DNA of 32,000 nt from Promethearchaeota archaeon (GTDB lineage Archaea; Asgardarchaeota; Lokiarchaeia; Sigyniarchaeales; Promethearchaeaceae). The notes under the pieces are model-generated. The model had not been told where the DNA came from, searched no databases, and saw only the letters and a program-made list of their open reading frames with translations. How positions within the stretch are numbered: position 1 is the first letter of the stretch; every line of letters starts with the position of its first letter. Below, piece by piece: positions 16,701 through 26,230 of the stretch. The DNA lies in contig JAFGBS010000008.1 in NCBI GenBank assembly GCA_016933055.1, positions 120,001 through 152,000 of the forward strand, in the 5' to 3' direction. A program made the position numbers and the translations under genes.

Positions 16701-17885
16701 TTAATCCTTTTTCCTTTTATTTTCTTTGAATATTTCTCTTTGCACTAAATAACGAAGTATCTCACTGGTTCCTCCACCTATCTCCATAAGTTTTGCATCA
16801 CGATAATACCTCTCGACTTTATTTTCTTTTTCGTATCCTTTTCCACCCAGAATTTGTATGGCGTTATCACATACATTCACTGCCATTTTGGTTGCGAAAA
16901 TTTTTGCCATGGCTGCCTCTTTTGTTATACTGAGTCCCTTGTCATACAATCTAGCAGAATTTAAAGTCAATAAGCGAGCTGCTTCCAATTCAGTAGCCAT
17001 ATCTGCTATTTTGAAATTCACTCCTTCAAAATATCGAATTGGTTTATCAAATTGCACTCGTATTTGTGAATGCTCTATCGCTTTTTCTAAAGCGGGTCGT
17101 GCGTATCCCAGTGCCTCAGCAGCAATCGCAACCCGTTCAGAATCTAGTTCATCCATACAAATAGCAAATCCATCTCCTATTTTTCCCAATATATTTTCTT
17201 TTGGGACAAAAATGTTTTCAAATTTCAATTCTGACACACGCGCACCATGCATTCCCATAAGATCAAGATCCTTAACTACCTTAAAACCTGGCATGGTGTT
17301 TTCAATAATGAATGCGGACATACCTTGTTTAGCATGGACAGTAGAATCAGTAATGGCAAAAACACATAAATAATCGGCTTGACTTCCATTTGTGATGTAT
17401 TTTTTTCGTCCATTTAATAAGTATCCATCATCTTTTGACTCCGCATGGGTTTCCATACCCGCAACGTCAGATCCCACATTCGGTTCCGTTATTCCGAGTG
17501 CACCTATTTTTTCCCCTCTAATAACAGGCTTTAGATATTTTTCAATCTGTTCTGTCGTTCCAAACCTCGAAATGGGTTTTCCATAGAGTGTAGCCGTTGA
17601 CATCCTCGCCATATCCAATCCTGCCACCACAGCTGACACCTCTTCAGCCACAATAGTCTCATAAACAAGCCCTTTTCCAGCATATTTTCCAACCCCAATA
17701 TCCTTTGGATGGTGGACTGACATTAAACCGGCCTGTCCGATTTTCCTTATAATTTCACGAGGGTAGATATTTTCCTTTTGAATTTTTTCTTCATGCGGGA
17801 CGATTTCATCCAAACAAAATTTTTGGACATACTCGCGGAATTCTCGCTCTTCTTCCGTGTACATTAAATAATCATTGACATCCAT
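16701..17885 (-). CDS. Acyl-CoA dehydrogenase (isovaleryl-CoA-dehydrogenase-like active-site layout)
   Basis: GALGITEPNVGSD, LNGRKKYITNG, RVQFDKPI, IQILGGKGY, RYYRDAKLMEIGGGTSEI. Confidence 0.95.
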   Translation of the reverse strand: MDVNDYLMYTEEEREFREYVQKFCLDEIVPHEEKIQKENIYPREIIRKIGQAGLMSVHHPKDIGVGKYAGKGLVYETIVAEEVSAVVAGLDMARMSTATLYGKPISRFGTTEQIEKYLKPVIRGEKIGALGITEPNVGSDVAGMETHAESKDDGYLLNGRKKYITNGSQADYLCVFAITDSTVHAKQGMSAFIIENTMPGFKVVKDLDLMGMHGARVSELKFENIFVPKENILGKIGDGFAICMDELDSERVAIAAEALGYARPALEKAIEHSQIRVQFDKPIRYFEGVNFKIADMATELEAARLLTLNSARLYDKGLSITKEAAMAKIFATKMAVNVCDNAIQILGGKGYEKENKVERYYRDAKLMEIGGGTSEILRYLVQREIFKENKRKKD

Positions 17886-17986
17886 GCTAACTGCCTCTTC
17901 TTAAATCCATAAAAAGAGTTTGTCTTAGGAAAATTAAAAAGTTTGCACAACCACTCCATATAAGGAAAAAAATTATTGTGTATTAA

Positions 17987-19312
17987 CTACTTTTTATTTT
18001 TTAACTGTCTAATTTTGTAGGATATTTGGTAAATTAGCATTTTACCAAGATTTGACTCTTCATCAGTGGTGATTTTTTGCATTTGACAGAATTTTTTCAG
18101 AGGTTTCAAATCCGCCATATCTAACATGAGCTTCGGATCCATAGCTGAATCTTTCTTCAGCCTTATCTGAATGCTGTTGCTCCTACTCATCTGAACGGAT
18201 TCAATTTCGTTCAAATTTATTCTTTGTTTTACTATCTCCTTTTTGTTGAGAAATTCTAATGCTTCGGGAGTTAATTCGACATGTCGGGGTTGAAGCAACA
18301 ATTTAAGGAACGAGATACCTGCAATGAAGCATGTTATCATGGAAATAACCCATAAATACTGTAAATTTTCCCATTTATCTATACGAGTTTCCAGTTTAGT
18401 GATATAACGATCAATAATAATACCGGTAAAATAGTCCCATGTAAAACTAATACTTTGCAAATAACTCGTATTAGCCTGTATCTCTGTGAGAAGAAAGATT
18501 TTTTTTTCTATTTGGTGCTGGAACATTACAGTAAGCGGGATGAGAGCGACAAATCCTAAAAATAATACCATGAATCCTATATAAAACCAGAAGTTAATTT
18601 TCAACTTAGTAGAAATCCGGTTTGCGGCAAATTCTTCTTTCTCCTCTTCCTGTTCTTCCTCTTTTCCTTTTTTTCTAAATAGTTTTAGAAACTTGTCAAC
18701 AATATTCGCAAAAAATCCAACTAATTTATCCCAGACACGTCGCAGCTTATTCTTTCCCTCATCCTCGTCCCACTCCTCCTCTTCCTCTTCCTCCTCCCAT
18801 TCTAACATTTCTCCAAAACGTTCTCCTAATTTAGGGAACATTTCTAATAGTTCCCCATCATTTTGCCATTCTTTTCCACGGGGATTTTTTGGTTTTTCCT
18901 CGTATTGCGCGAGGTCTGCGGGAATAGTTATATTGGATCTTCCATCTATCGATTTATCGAGTCTATCTAACGCACGAGCAATACTAATTATGATATCTTC
19001 ATTAAACGTAACCTCATCCTCAGCTACTTTCTCCGCTAAATAATCCGGGTTTTCCAAGGTTCTATTATAGGTTTCTTTTCCTTTTCCAATCAACCAGTAA
19101 ACGAATTGGTCAAATTCTTCTTCGCTGCAACCCCCATTAATCAAGTATGCAGCTGCCCACAGCTTCCACATGTATGCTTTATTAAAATGTAGGTCGATGA
19201 AATCTCCAAATCCACGAATTTCTTCAGGTTTTAGATCAAGCAATAGTGTTGCGAGTCGCTTTCCATCTCCTTCTGAAGTTTGGATTAAATCCCAAAATTG
19301 TTCAACGTCCAT
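17987..19312 (-). CDS. DUF4240-domain protein fused to acidic linkers, two TM helices and a C-terminal beta-rich domain
   Basis: N-terminal QFWDLI, LWAAAYLINGGCSEEEFDQFVYWLIGKG, ENPDYLAE are DUF4240-like; poly-Glu linkers; two hydrophobic helices later in the chain. Confidence 0.7.
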   Translation of the reverse strand: MDVEQFWDLIQTSEGDGKRLATLLLDLKPEEIRGFGDFIDLHFNKAYMWKLWAAAYLINGGCSEEEFDQFVYWLIGKGKETYNRTLENPDYLAEKVAEDEVTFNEDIIISIARALDRLDKSIDGRSNITIPADLAQYEEKPKNPRGKEWQNDGELLEMFPKLGERFGEMLEWEEEEEEEEWDEDEGKNKLRRVWDKLVGFFANIVDKFLKLFRKKGKEEEQEEEKEEFAANRISTKLKINFWFYIGFMVLFLGFVALIPLTVMFQHQIEKKIFLLTEIQANTSYLQSISFTWDYFTGIIIDRYITKLETRIDKWENLQYLWVISMITCFIAGISFLKLLLQPRHVELTPEALEFLNKKEIVKQRINLNEIESVQMSRSNSIQIRLKKDSAMDPKLMLDMADLKPLKKFCQMQKITTDEESNLGKMLIYQISYKIRQLKNKK

Positions 19313-19400
19313 TGCAATGTTCTAACGTTGAAACCAATTTAAATGTACCTTAGGGCGACTTTCCAACAGATTTTTTACATATGTAATAGAAATGTGAAGT

Positions 19401-19979
19401 ATGATGGATTTTGATGAGGTTATTCATAAAAGGCGTACTATCCGTAGATTTAAGCAAAGACCTGTTCCTCTCAATATAATAAAGAAGATTATTGATTATG
19501 CACGGAAGGCTCCCCAAGGAAGCAATGTACAAGCATTGGAATATATAATTATCACTAATGAAGAAATAAGAGCTAAAATATTCCCAAATGTAAGGTGGGC
19601 AGGAGCATTACCCTTGGAAATGAGAGAACCCGAGGAAGGAAGAAGACCGATGGCATATATTGTTGTTTTACTTAATACAACTATCAAGAATGAAGCTTCC
19701 ACCGATTCTGGAGCCGCGATTGAAAATCTTCTTTTGGGTGCAACTTATCATGGGCTTGGTTGTTGCTGGATGGGTTCCATTGATCGAAAAAAAATTCATT
19801 CCGATCTTGAATTACTCCCCCATCAAAAAATACTATATGTGATTAGTATGGGGTACCCCGATGAAGAATCCCAAATTGAACCTTATGCGGGGGATTTTAA
19901 ATATTGGAGAACTGATGATGGGAAAATGCATATACCTAAACGATCACTGAATGATATAATTTTAAAAATCTTTGAATAA
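19401..19979 (+). CDS. Nitroreductase family flavoprotein
   Basis: RRTIRRF, ARKAPQGSNVQ, DSGAAIENLLLGATYHGLGCCWMGS, ISMGYP. Confidence 0.92.
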   Translation: MMDFDEVIHKRRTIRRFKQRPVPLNIIKKIIDYARKAPQGSNVQALEYIIITNEEIRAKIFPNVRWAGALPLEMREPEEGRRPMAYIVVLLNTTIKNEASTDSGAAIENLLLGATYHGLGCCWMGSIDRKKIHSDLELLPHQKILYVISMGYPDEESQIEPYAGDFKYWRTDDGKMHIPKRSLNDIILKIFE

Positions 19980-19998
19980 AAAAAAGAAAAGAAAACAA

Positions 19999-20601
19999 TT
20001 AAAAAGTAAATCCTTCAGGTAGTTTTGATTCAGGAGTGCCTTCTGGGACGAAAGATAAATCAATGATTGTATAGGTAGGATCTTTCGTCTTGAATATTGG
20101 GACAACGCGCATACCAATTTCTGGATCTCCATAGGAAAGGTAACTCATCAAAATTGTGCAAACTCCATCAAATTCCACATTGATAAATTTTATTGGCTTA
20201 TTCAACATGTTGAATGCTCCAGAACGATGAGTAATTATATATGAATGTATTTTAGCCGTTTTTCTCGCAGTTTCGGTTAAGTCATATAAATTGGTTTTGC
20301 GCAAGCAATCCGGACAATAGATCCGAAACGGCATGAAAATAGATTTATAAGCGGTTTCACATTTTTCGTTTTCACAACGCGTAGCAATCAACTTTCCTTT
20401 TCCTAATGATTCGAAAAAGATAGCTTCTCCACCGTAGGAATGAATATATGTCATATCTCGTGGATTTGTCACTCCTGCAAGTTTTCCCGTATCTTTATCA
20501 AAAATCGGTTGATTCTTTTCAATAATGTGAAATTTACCTTTAGGCTTATATCTTCCCTTTACGATGTTTACATATCCTTTTTCATTTTCTGTTTTTGGCA
20601 T
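19999..20601 (-). CDS. DUF35-family Zn-ribbon plus OB-fold protein (thiolase partner)
   Basis: LIATRC....C and PFRIYCPDC zinc ligands, then OB fold (AKIHSY, EIGMRVVPIF); 6 nt downstream of the thiolase-fold gene with AGGAGG SD. Confidence 0.85.
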   Translation of the reverse strand: MPKTENEKGYVNIVKGRYKPKGKFHIIEKNQPIFDKDTGKLAGVTNPRDMTYIHSYGGEAIFFESLGKGKLIATRCENEKCETAYKSIFMPFRIYCPDCLRKTNLYDLTETARKTAKIHSYIITHRSGAFNMLNKPIKFINVEFDGVCTILMSYLSYGDPEIGMRVVPIFKTKDPTYTIIDLSFVPEGTPESKLPEGFTF

Positions 20602-20607
20602 TTTTAT

Positions 20608-22029
20608 TTAGTCCTCCTTTAATAGGTGATCTGGGTGCATCAGAATGGAAGCAGTAACATGTGAACCTACTCCAGCGTGACTTATTGCTAATCCCCGTTT
20701 AGCCCCGGGTACTTGAAGACTTTCCCAATCTTTTGGTTTTTCGCGACCAAAAGCTTTCCATTTTTCCTTCGGTTCATGGATTTCATCCCACCGATTCCAA
20801 AGGTGATATGCTATTTCAGCGACTTGCATGAGACCAGTTGCACCAACGGCATGCATACATCCAATCAATCCACCACTTAAATTGCTTGGAAGCCGTCCCT
20901 TTTTCCCTGTCTTGGGATCTTTAAGATACCCATCTCCGGATTCAATATAATGCCTGCCCTCTCCATATGGTCGTAATCCAACATCTTCATAGGATTGGAT
21001 ATCACTGATAGTAAACGCATCATGAAGTTCAATAACATCTAAATCCTCACAAGGGTCAATAATACCCGCCATATGATATGCATAATACGCTGCAATACGA
21101 GCTGCAAGGAAGCTTGTGAATCCAGGATAACGGTCTCCACCAGGATATTTTTCTCCAAAATTCTTGTAAGTCTCTTCCGTCTCATTGGGTAATAAGGGAA
21201 TTTTCATATCTCGTCGATCTGCTACCCGTAAAGTATGACTTCCCGCTCCCACCCATACTCTTAAAGGATTATCAGTTAATTCATATGCTATTTTTTCATC
21301 GGCTACGATTCCACATGCAGCACCAACACTCATTAAGCAACAATCCAGAGCACGAAGTGGGTAAGCAATAATCGGTGAGTTTTTTACATCCTCAATTGTA
21401 ATCTTCATTGGCCCATGAGCATGTGGATTCATACGTGCGTAACCCCGATTTTTGACTGCAATTTCTGCCATGGTATCTCGGAAAGAGTCTTCTTCCTTGC
21501 CGAAAATTTTCCAATAGCGTTGAGCCATCACCGCATAATATCCGGTATAGATATGTCCTAAAGGAGTTTCCCAATCTTTATCAGCGGCTGCAGAAATTAG
21601 GTGATTTCCCTCATCAGTAGGAACTTCATCCATCCGTTCCCATCCCATAGCAAGTGTACAGTCTGAGTATCCGGAAGCAACGGTTTTCACAGCTTCCCAC
21701 AAAGTTGAACCTCCAGTTGCACCGCCTGTTTTAATTCCAATATTCCCTAACGGATCTAAACCGAGTCTATCATGAATTACTGCTTCACCCAACAATTGAT
21801 CTCCAAAATGATCTGCAAAATGACCATAATAGCAAGTATGTATATATTTTTTTAATTCAGCAGGCGTCATCTTAATGAAATCGCTAGCTGCGGTAAATGC
21901 TTGTATGACCAATTCTTCAGTTCGACTTTTTGGAAAAGCTCGATCAAATTTGGACATCCCCGCTGTAACTAAATAGACGGGGCGTGCCATTTTTGGGATT
22001 TTTAATTGTTCATCGGAAAATTTAATCAT
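20608..22029 (-). CDS. SCP2-type thiolase-fold protein lacking the canonical nucleophilic Cys
   Basis: GMSKF, GWERM, AVKNR...NPHAH, PLRALDC, VIELHDAF, SGGLIGCMHAVGATG; GGATGG where ACASG is expected. Confidence 0.88.
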   Translation of the reverse strand: MIKFSDEQLKIPKMARPVYLVTAGMSKFDRAFPKSRTEELVIQAFTAASDFIKMTPAELKKYIHTCYYGHFADHFGDQLLGEAVIHDRLGLDPLGNIGIKTGGATGGSTLWEAVKTVASGYSDCTLAMGWERMDEVPTDEGNHLISAAADKDWETPLGHIYTGYYAVMAQRYWKIFGKEEDSFRDTMAEIAVKNRGYARMNPHAHGPMKITIEDVKNSPIIAYPLRALDCCLMSVGAACGIVADEKIAYELTDNPLRVWVGAGSHTLRVADRRDMKIPLLPNETEETYKNFGEKYPGGDRYPGFTSFLAARIAAYYAYHMAGIIDPCEDLDVIELHDAFTISDIQSYEDVGLRPYGEGRHYIESGDGYLKDPKTGKKGRLPSNLSGGLIGCMHAVGATGLMQVAEIAYHLWNRWDEIHEPKEKWKAFGREKPKDWESLQVPGAKRGLAISHAGVGSHVTASILMHPDHLLKED

Positions 22030-22270
22030 TTTTTAAATCACTTTTTTTATTGTTTTCATTAAGTCAACAATACTCAATGTTGGTTGCTGAGGCATATAAT
22101 TCTTTAGTTCAATTCTCTGGGAAATGAATGGGATTTCTATTTAAACAAATAGTATTGACCTATTTCGTAAAATTTGTCCCTTAGAATAATAAAATAGATT
22201 TTTGGTGTAACTGTATAAAGTAGGATGGTATTTGGTTATGTATAAACTTCCTTTTTTTCTTCTGATTAAT

Positions 22271-23242
22271 TTAATTATCGATCCATTCTAATGGAGCAAG
22301 AAACAAACCTTTCTTATCCCAACCTGTGTTTGAAATAAACCACCCTTCTTCTCCATCAAAAATTATTTCAGAAGCATGTGTATTCAAATCACATACATGA
22401 TTCTCGTTCGGGAATAATTCTGGATCCTCAGACCAGTATACTGAAGTTAGGTTGTATTTTTTTTGAGCGTGACAAACAAAAAGATAAAAAATTTCCTCAT
22501 TACACACCACAAATGGACTCTCCGTATTTCCCGCCCATTTAGAATTCTTACCTGGATAAATAAAAGCTATCTTCGGTCCCGACCAATGCCTTAGATCGGG
22601 ACTTGTTCTCACCGCAACGCATGATCTTTTATCTTTCTCATTATAAGAAGTAGTGTAATAAGCAAAATATTGGCTATTTAACTCAAATATCATTGGATCT
22701 CTAGCATTACCCGGGCCTGAAAATATGGGATTGTATTCATTCCTTTTCCATTTGAACCCATCCTCCGATGTAGCTAGTTGAATTCTTCCATGGATGCCGG
22801 AAATAATGGAAAACGGTCGTAAGTTTCCTGCAGCATAATACATATACAGTAGATTATTTTTGGATATTATATGGGGTGCCCAAGCATATTGTTCCCCTTT
22901 GGTCCGATCCGCATTCAGAGCATAGTTGTGTTCTTGCCAAACATTTCTTGTTAAAGAATCTGAGGTAATATGGAATAGATTTTGCTCGATAATCCAGGAA
23001 AATGCAAATCCTAAAATATTATACCCAATAATCCCATAACCATGCCATAGATTATCAGGACCTCTCACAAAGCAGTGATCATTTGTATACCAATGACTTT
23101 TATTCATTATAGTCAGCCGGTTCATGAATTTCGTTTCATTAGGATTAAAAATATGGCTCCATGTTCCGGAAATTGCAGGAATTTTTAATTTTCCCATACC
23201 CATCAATTTTAGTGTAAAATATTCTATTAGTATAACTAACAA
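22271..23242 (-). CDS. Five-bladed beta-propeller glycoside hydrolase (GH32/GH43-like)
   Basis: NDH, WAPHII, YMYYAAG, ARDPMIF, VRTSPDLRHWS, TESPFVV. Start more likely ATG 23203 than TTG 23242. Confidence 0.75.
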   Translation of the reverse strand: MLVILIEYFTLKLMGMGKLKIPAISGTWSHIFNPNETKFMNRLTIMNKSHWYTNDHCFVRGPDNLWHGYGIIGYNILGFAFSWIIEQNLFHITSDSLTRNVWQEHNYALNADRTKGEQYAWAPHIISKNNLLYMYYAAGNLRPFSIISGIHGRIQLATSEDGFKWKRNEYNPIFSGPGNARDPMIFELNSQYFAYYTTSYNEKDKRSCVAVRTSPDLRHWSGPKIAFIYPGKNSKWAGNTESPFVVCNEEIFYLFVCHAQKKYNLTSVYWSEDPELFPNENHVCDLNTHASEIIFDGEEGWFISNTGWDKKGLFLAPLEWIDN

Positions 23243-23279
23243 GTTTAAAACTTTCTAAGAATAGAATGGATTGGAGTAG

Positions 23280-24236
23280 ATGAAGCTGCAGATTTCAAAT
23301 TTTCTAACATATGATAACGGAATAATGTCAACAGTATCTCATACATACCGAGATCACAACGGAAAGACAATTATATTACTCCCGATAATGCATATGGGGG
23401 AACCTCAATATTTTAATAAGTTGTTAGAATATATTGGCGACCGAATCTGCATTTATGAGTATTTGGAACTAGGATTCTCGGAATTGGTTCAAAAACCTAC
23501 TCCCGTAAAAAGTTTTGACGAACAATTACATCAGAGTGCTATTGCTGCAACTGAATTTTATCAACAATATGGTCAATATATCAAAAAATACCAGAAAAAA
23601 ATTAAAACTAGAATGATCCGTAAAATCAGACGGATAGTGAAAAGAAATCTACGTGTTTTGGATGAAAGAGTGGACTTAATTTTCCAGATCATTGAACGGA
23701 GTTTGTATGGTATTCAAAATTTAACATTGGCTCAAATGTATCTTGCTACGTTAGTCGGATTAAGTTCTCAGTTGTTTGAGATTGATTATATCACAGATAT
23801 ACCACAGCGTGGTAACTGGATTCATTCAGACCTAGTATACCAAAATTCTGAAGACAGTAGTATTGGAGAATATTTACGTTCAATTGATAAGGAGAAAATT
23901 GAAAATTTACAGAAACAAGCAATGTTGTTGTATTCGTTAGTGTATTTGATAGAGGAATTCTGTGTTACCCCTCCTTCCAAGCGAAAAGAAAAGTTTGCGG
24001 AATGGATATATATATCTGCCCAAAAACCATGGACATCGTATGAAGATGAAAGTCCAGATTACTTATATCATCCCAGAAATGAAATCTTGATGAATACAAT
24101 CATCCAACAATTAAATATACGTGATGAAGTGATCGTTTTATACGGAACTGGTCATATGCCTGCAATTGAAGAAAATTTATTGAAAAAAGGTTACGAATTA
24201 CTATCAAAAAAAGAATTTGAAGTGTTTCATATCTAA
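23280..24236 (+). CDS. Hypothetical protein, possibly TraB/GumN (TIKI)-like fold
   Basis: N-terminal IILLPIMHMG...CIYE and C-terminal RNE...VIVLYGTGHMPAIEE.L...GY resemble TraB-superfamily metal motifs. Confidence 0.5.
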   Translation: MKLQISNFLTYDNGIMSTVSHTYRDHNGKTIILLPIMHMGEPQYFNKLLEYIGDRICIYEYLELGFSELVQKPTPVKSFDEQLHQSAIAATEFYQQYGQYIKKYQKKIKTRMIRKIRRIVKRNLRVLDERVDLIFQIIERSLYGIQNLTLAQMYLATLVGLSSQLFEIDYITDIPQRGNWIHSDLVYQNSEDSSIGEYLRSIDKEKIENLQKQAMLLYSLVYLIEEFCVTPPSKRKEKFAEWIYISAQKPWTSYEDESPDYLYHPRNEILMNTIIQQLNIRDEVIVLYGTGHMPAIEENLLKKGYELLSKKEFEVFHI

Positions 24237-24381
24237 AATACTCCAATTAGATGCGCATCTGACAAGAATTGTGAGACATTTTTATTTTGTGGTAGAGTAA
24301 ATTCGACATGGTGACCTATCTGTAATCATTCTTTTTAGATTATGATCTACAGTTCGTAAACTACTAATAGGTAAAAATTAA

Positions 24382-24855
24382 ATGAGTCGTCATAAATATT
24401 CTCCTACCAAGGTGAGTAGTATGGATAAAATAAAAGTAGCAAATTGGGACGATTTTAATATTGGCGATAAAGCAGAACATACGAAGACAATAACGGATGA
24501 AGATATCCAAATTTTTGCGAAACTGTCGGGGGATTTCAATCCAATTCATGTTAACGAAGAATATGCTAAAACTACAATGTTCCGACAACGAATCGCCCAT
24601 GGTATGATTTCGGTTTCTTTAATATCAGCGGTTCTGGGTATGCATCTACCTGGACCTGGTGCCGTTTACATGAGTCAAGAAGTAAAATTTCGTAATCCAG
24701 TATTCATTGGAGATAAATTGACTGCGAAAGGTGAAGTTGTGGAAAAATTTACTAAAAAGGAAGGCAAGTTAAAATTTCTTAAAATCCAAACGAATGTATA
24801 CAAACAAGAGGAAGAATTAGTCACTGAGGGTAGTGCGTTAGTAATTATCCAGTAA
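24382..24855 (+). CDS. MaoC/PhaJ-family (R)-specific enoyl-CoA hydratase
   Basis: FAKLSGDFNPIH (hydratase-2 motif), IAHGM, LGMHLPGPG, F.NPVFIGD. Start may be ATG 24421. Confidence 0.92.
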   Translation: MSRHKYSPTKVSSMDKIKVANWDDFNIGDKAEHTKTITDEDIQIFAKLSGDFNPIHVNEEYAKTTMFRQRIAHGMISVSLISAVLGMHLPGPGAVYMSQEVKFRNPVFIGDKLTAKGEVVEKFTKKEGKLKFLKIQTNVYKQEEELVTEGSALVIIQ

Positions 24856-25187
24856 AATTTCTTTTCTTCCACAATTTCATTTTTTTTTCAATACAATGAA
24901 ACCTACAGAGGGTTATTTAGTTTGAACACCTCTAGGTAAAATACTACGCATTCACCATTCTAATCAGCAAGTTTATATGATTCAATTAGAAAACAGATTT
25001 TTTAGCCTTTTTGCGTTCACAGAATGAATTAGAATCCCTTCTATATCCTTGGAAAAATAGAAAATCAGAAGACTCTTTTCGTTCCGAGATGTTGACTTTT
25101 TTTGCTCAATTTTTAAAATTGGAGAATTTTTACCTAATAAAAACGGAAGCTTAATATTTTTTCACGGTGAGATAAATCTGCTAAGAA

Positions 25188-26042
25188 ATGCAGCAGATTA
25201 GAATTAAACACTGTTCAGTGCGGAAAATCCATAGATCAGAATTAAAGGAAGCTATTTATGTTTTTATGAGATCCTTTCGGAGAAATGATGATAATGCTTT
25301 GTTCGAACTCACTTTAGATTATTGGACTAATTGGTACAATAATAAATTAGCAATCTTTTATGGTGCTTTTCATAAAAGACAGCTTGTCGGGATCTGCTTA
25401 TCCTTTCCTTTCGAAAAAACAGCTTCATTGGGATATATGTGTGTAGATTTCAAGTATCAAAATCTTGGCATTGGCAGATACCTCCTCGAATGTATCATTA
25501 ACAACTTGGAGGAGAATGGAGTATCGTCTATAAGATTATACGCTACGAAAATGGGGGAGAATTTGTATGATAAATATGGCTTTCAGCATGATTACATTGG
25601 ATCTGTGTTTGAATTAAATTTTCAAGAGGAAATTCGTCCACGTGGACTCCGTGTACGATTAACTAAACGCATTCTACCTTGGATCTATAATTTAGACAAG
25701 GAAGTGTATGGAGATAATCGTACTAAGTTATTCCGTTTTTTAATAAAAAATTCTCAACTCATTGTAAAAGGCCGTGCTGGGTTTGCATTCGTTCGAAATG
25801 ATATAGTCGGTCCTGTAGTAGCAAAAAATATTCCCGTATTCGTGGATATTTTAAAATATGCCTATGTTTTAGGTGCTAGGAAGATCTTTTTTTTGATGCA
25901 TGATCCTCGTTCCATGAAAATATCTAGTATTTTACATCTTAGAGAAAATACTGCAATGCGTTGTAAACGAATGATTCGGGGTTCCAAAATCGATGAGAAT
26001 CTTTCTTTACCGTATGCAATGTTTAATTTCGCTATCGGATAA
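25188..26042 (+). CDS. GNAT N-acetyltransferase with a second C-terminal domain
   Basis: GYMCVDFKYQNLGIGRYLL (motif A), LYATKMGENLYDKYGF (motif B); C-terminal LDKEVYGDNR..L and VGPVVA. Confidence 0.88.
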   Translation: MQQIRIKHCSVRKIHRSELKEAIYVFMRSFRRNDDNALFELTLDYWTNWYNNKLAIFYGAFHKRQLVGICLSFPFEKTASLGYMCVDFKYQNLGIGRYLLECIINNLEENGVSSIRLYATKMGENLYDKYGFQHDYIGSVFELNFQEEIRPRGLRVRLTKRILPWIYNLDKEVYGDNRTKLFRFLIKNSQLIVKGRAGFAFVRNDIVGPVVAKNIPVFVDILKYAYVLGARKIFFLMHDPRSMKISSILHLRENTAMRCKRMIRGSKIDENLSLPYAMFNFAIG

Positions 26043-26230
26043 ATGATGTACGTAAAAAAATTCTGTAGAATTGGTTAGTAAATGGATTTAGCATGAAACT
26101 TATTTTGTGGTAAATTTGAATTGAAATATATGATTAGCATTGTCACTTAAATTATCACCTGAGATTTAATCTCTCTTTTTTAACTATCAAAATCCATATA
26201 TTCTTCATTAAGGCACCTAAAGTATTGTTA

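Noticed and set aside
18640-18800. GAA/GAG-rich repeats
   Set aside because: They encode poly-Glu linkers within a CDS; not a DNA repeat element.
24249-24260. 12-bp perfect palindrome AGATGCGCATCT
   Set aside because: Single copy 12 nt after a stop codon and far from the next start; a chance occurrence cannot be excluded.
24901-24937. Bulged hairpin ACCTACAGAGG...CCTCTAGGT after maoC
   Set aside because: Weak, lies after the T-tract, and matches no known RNA.
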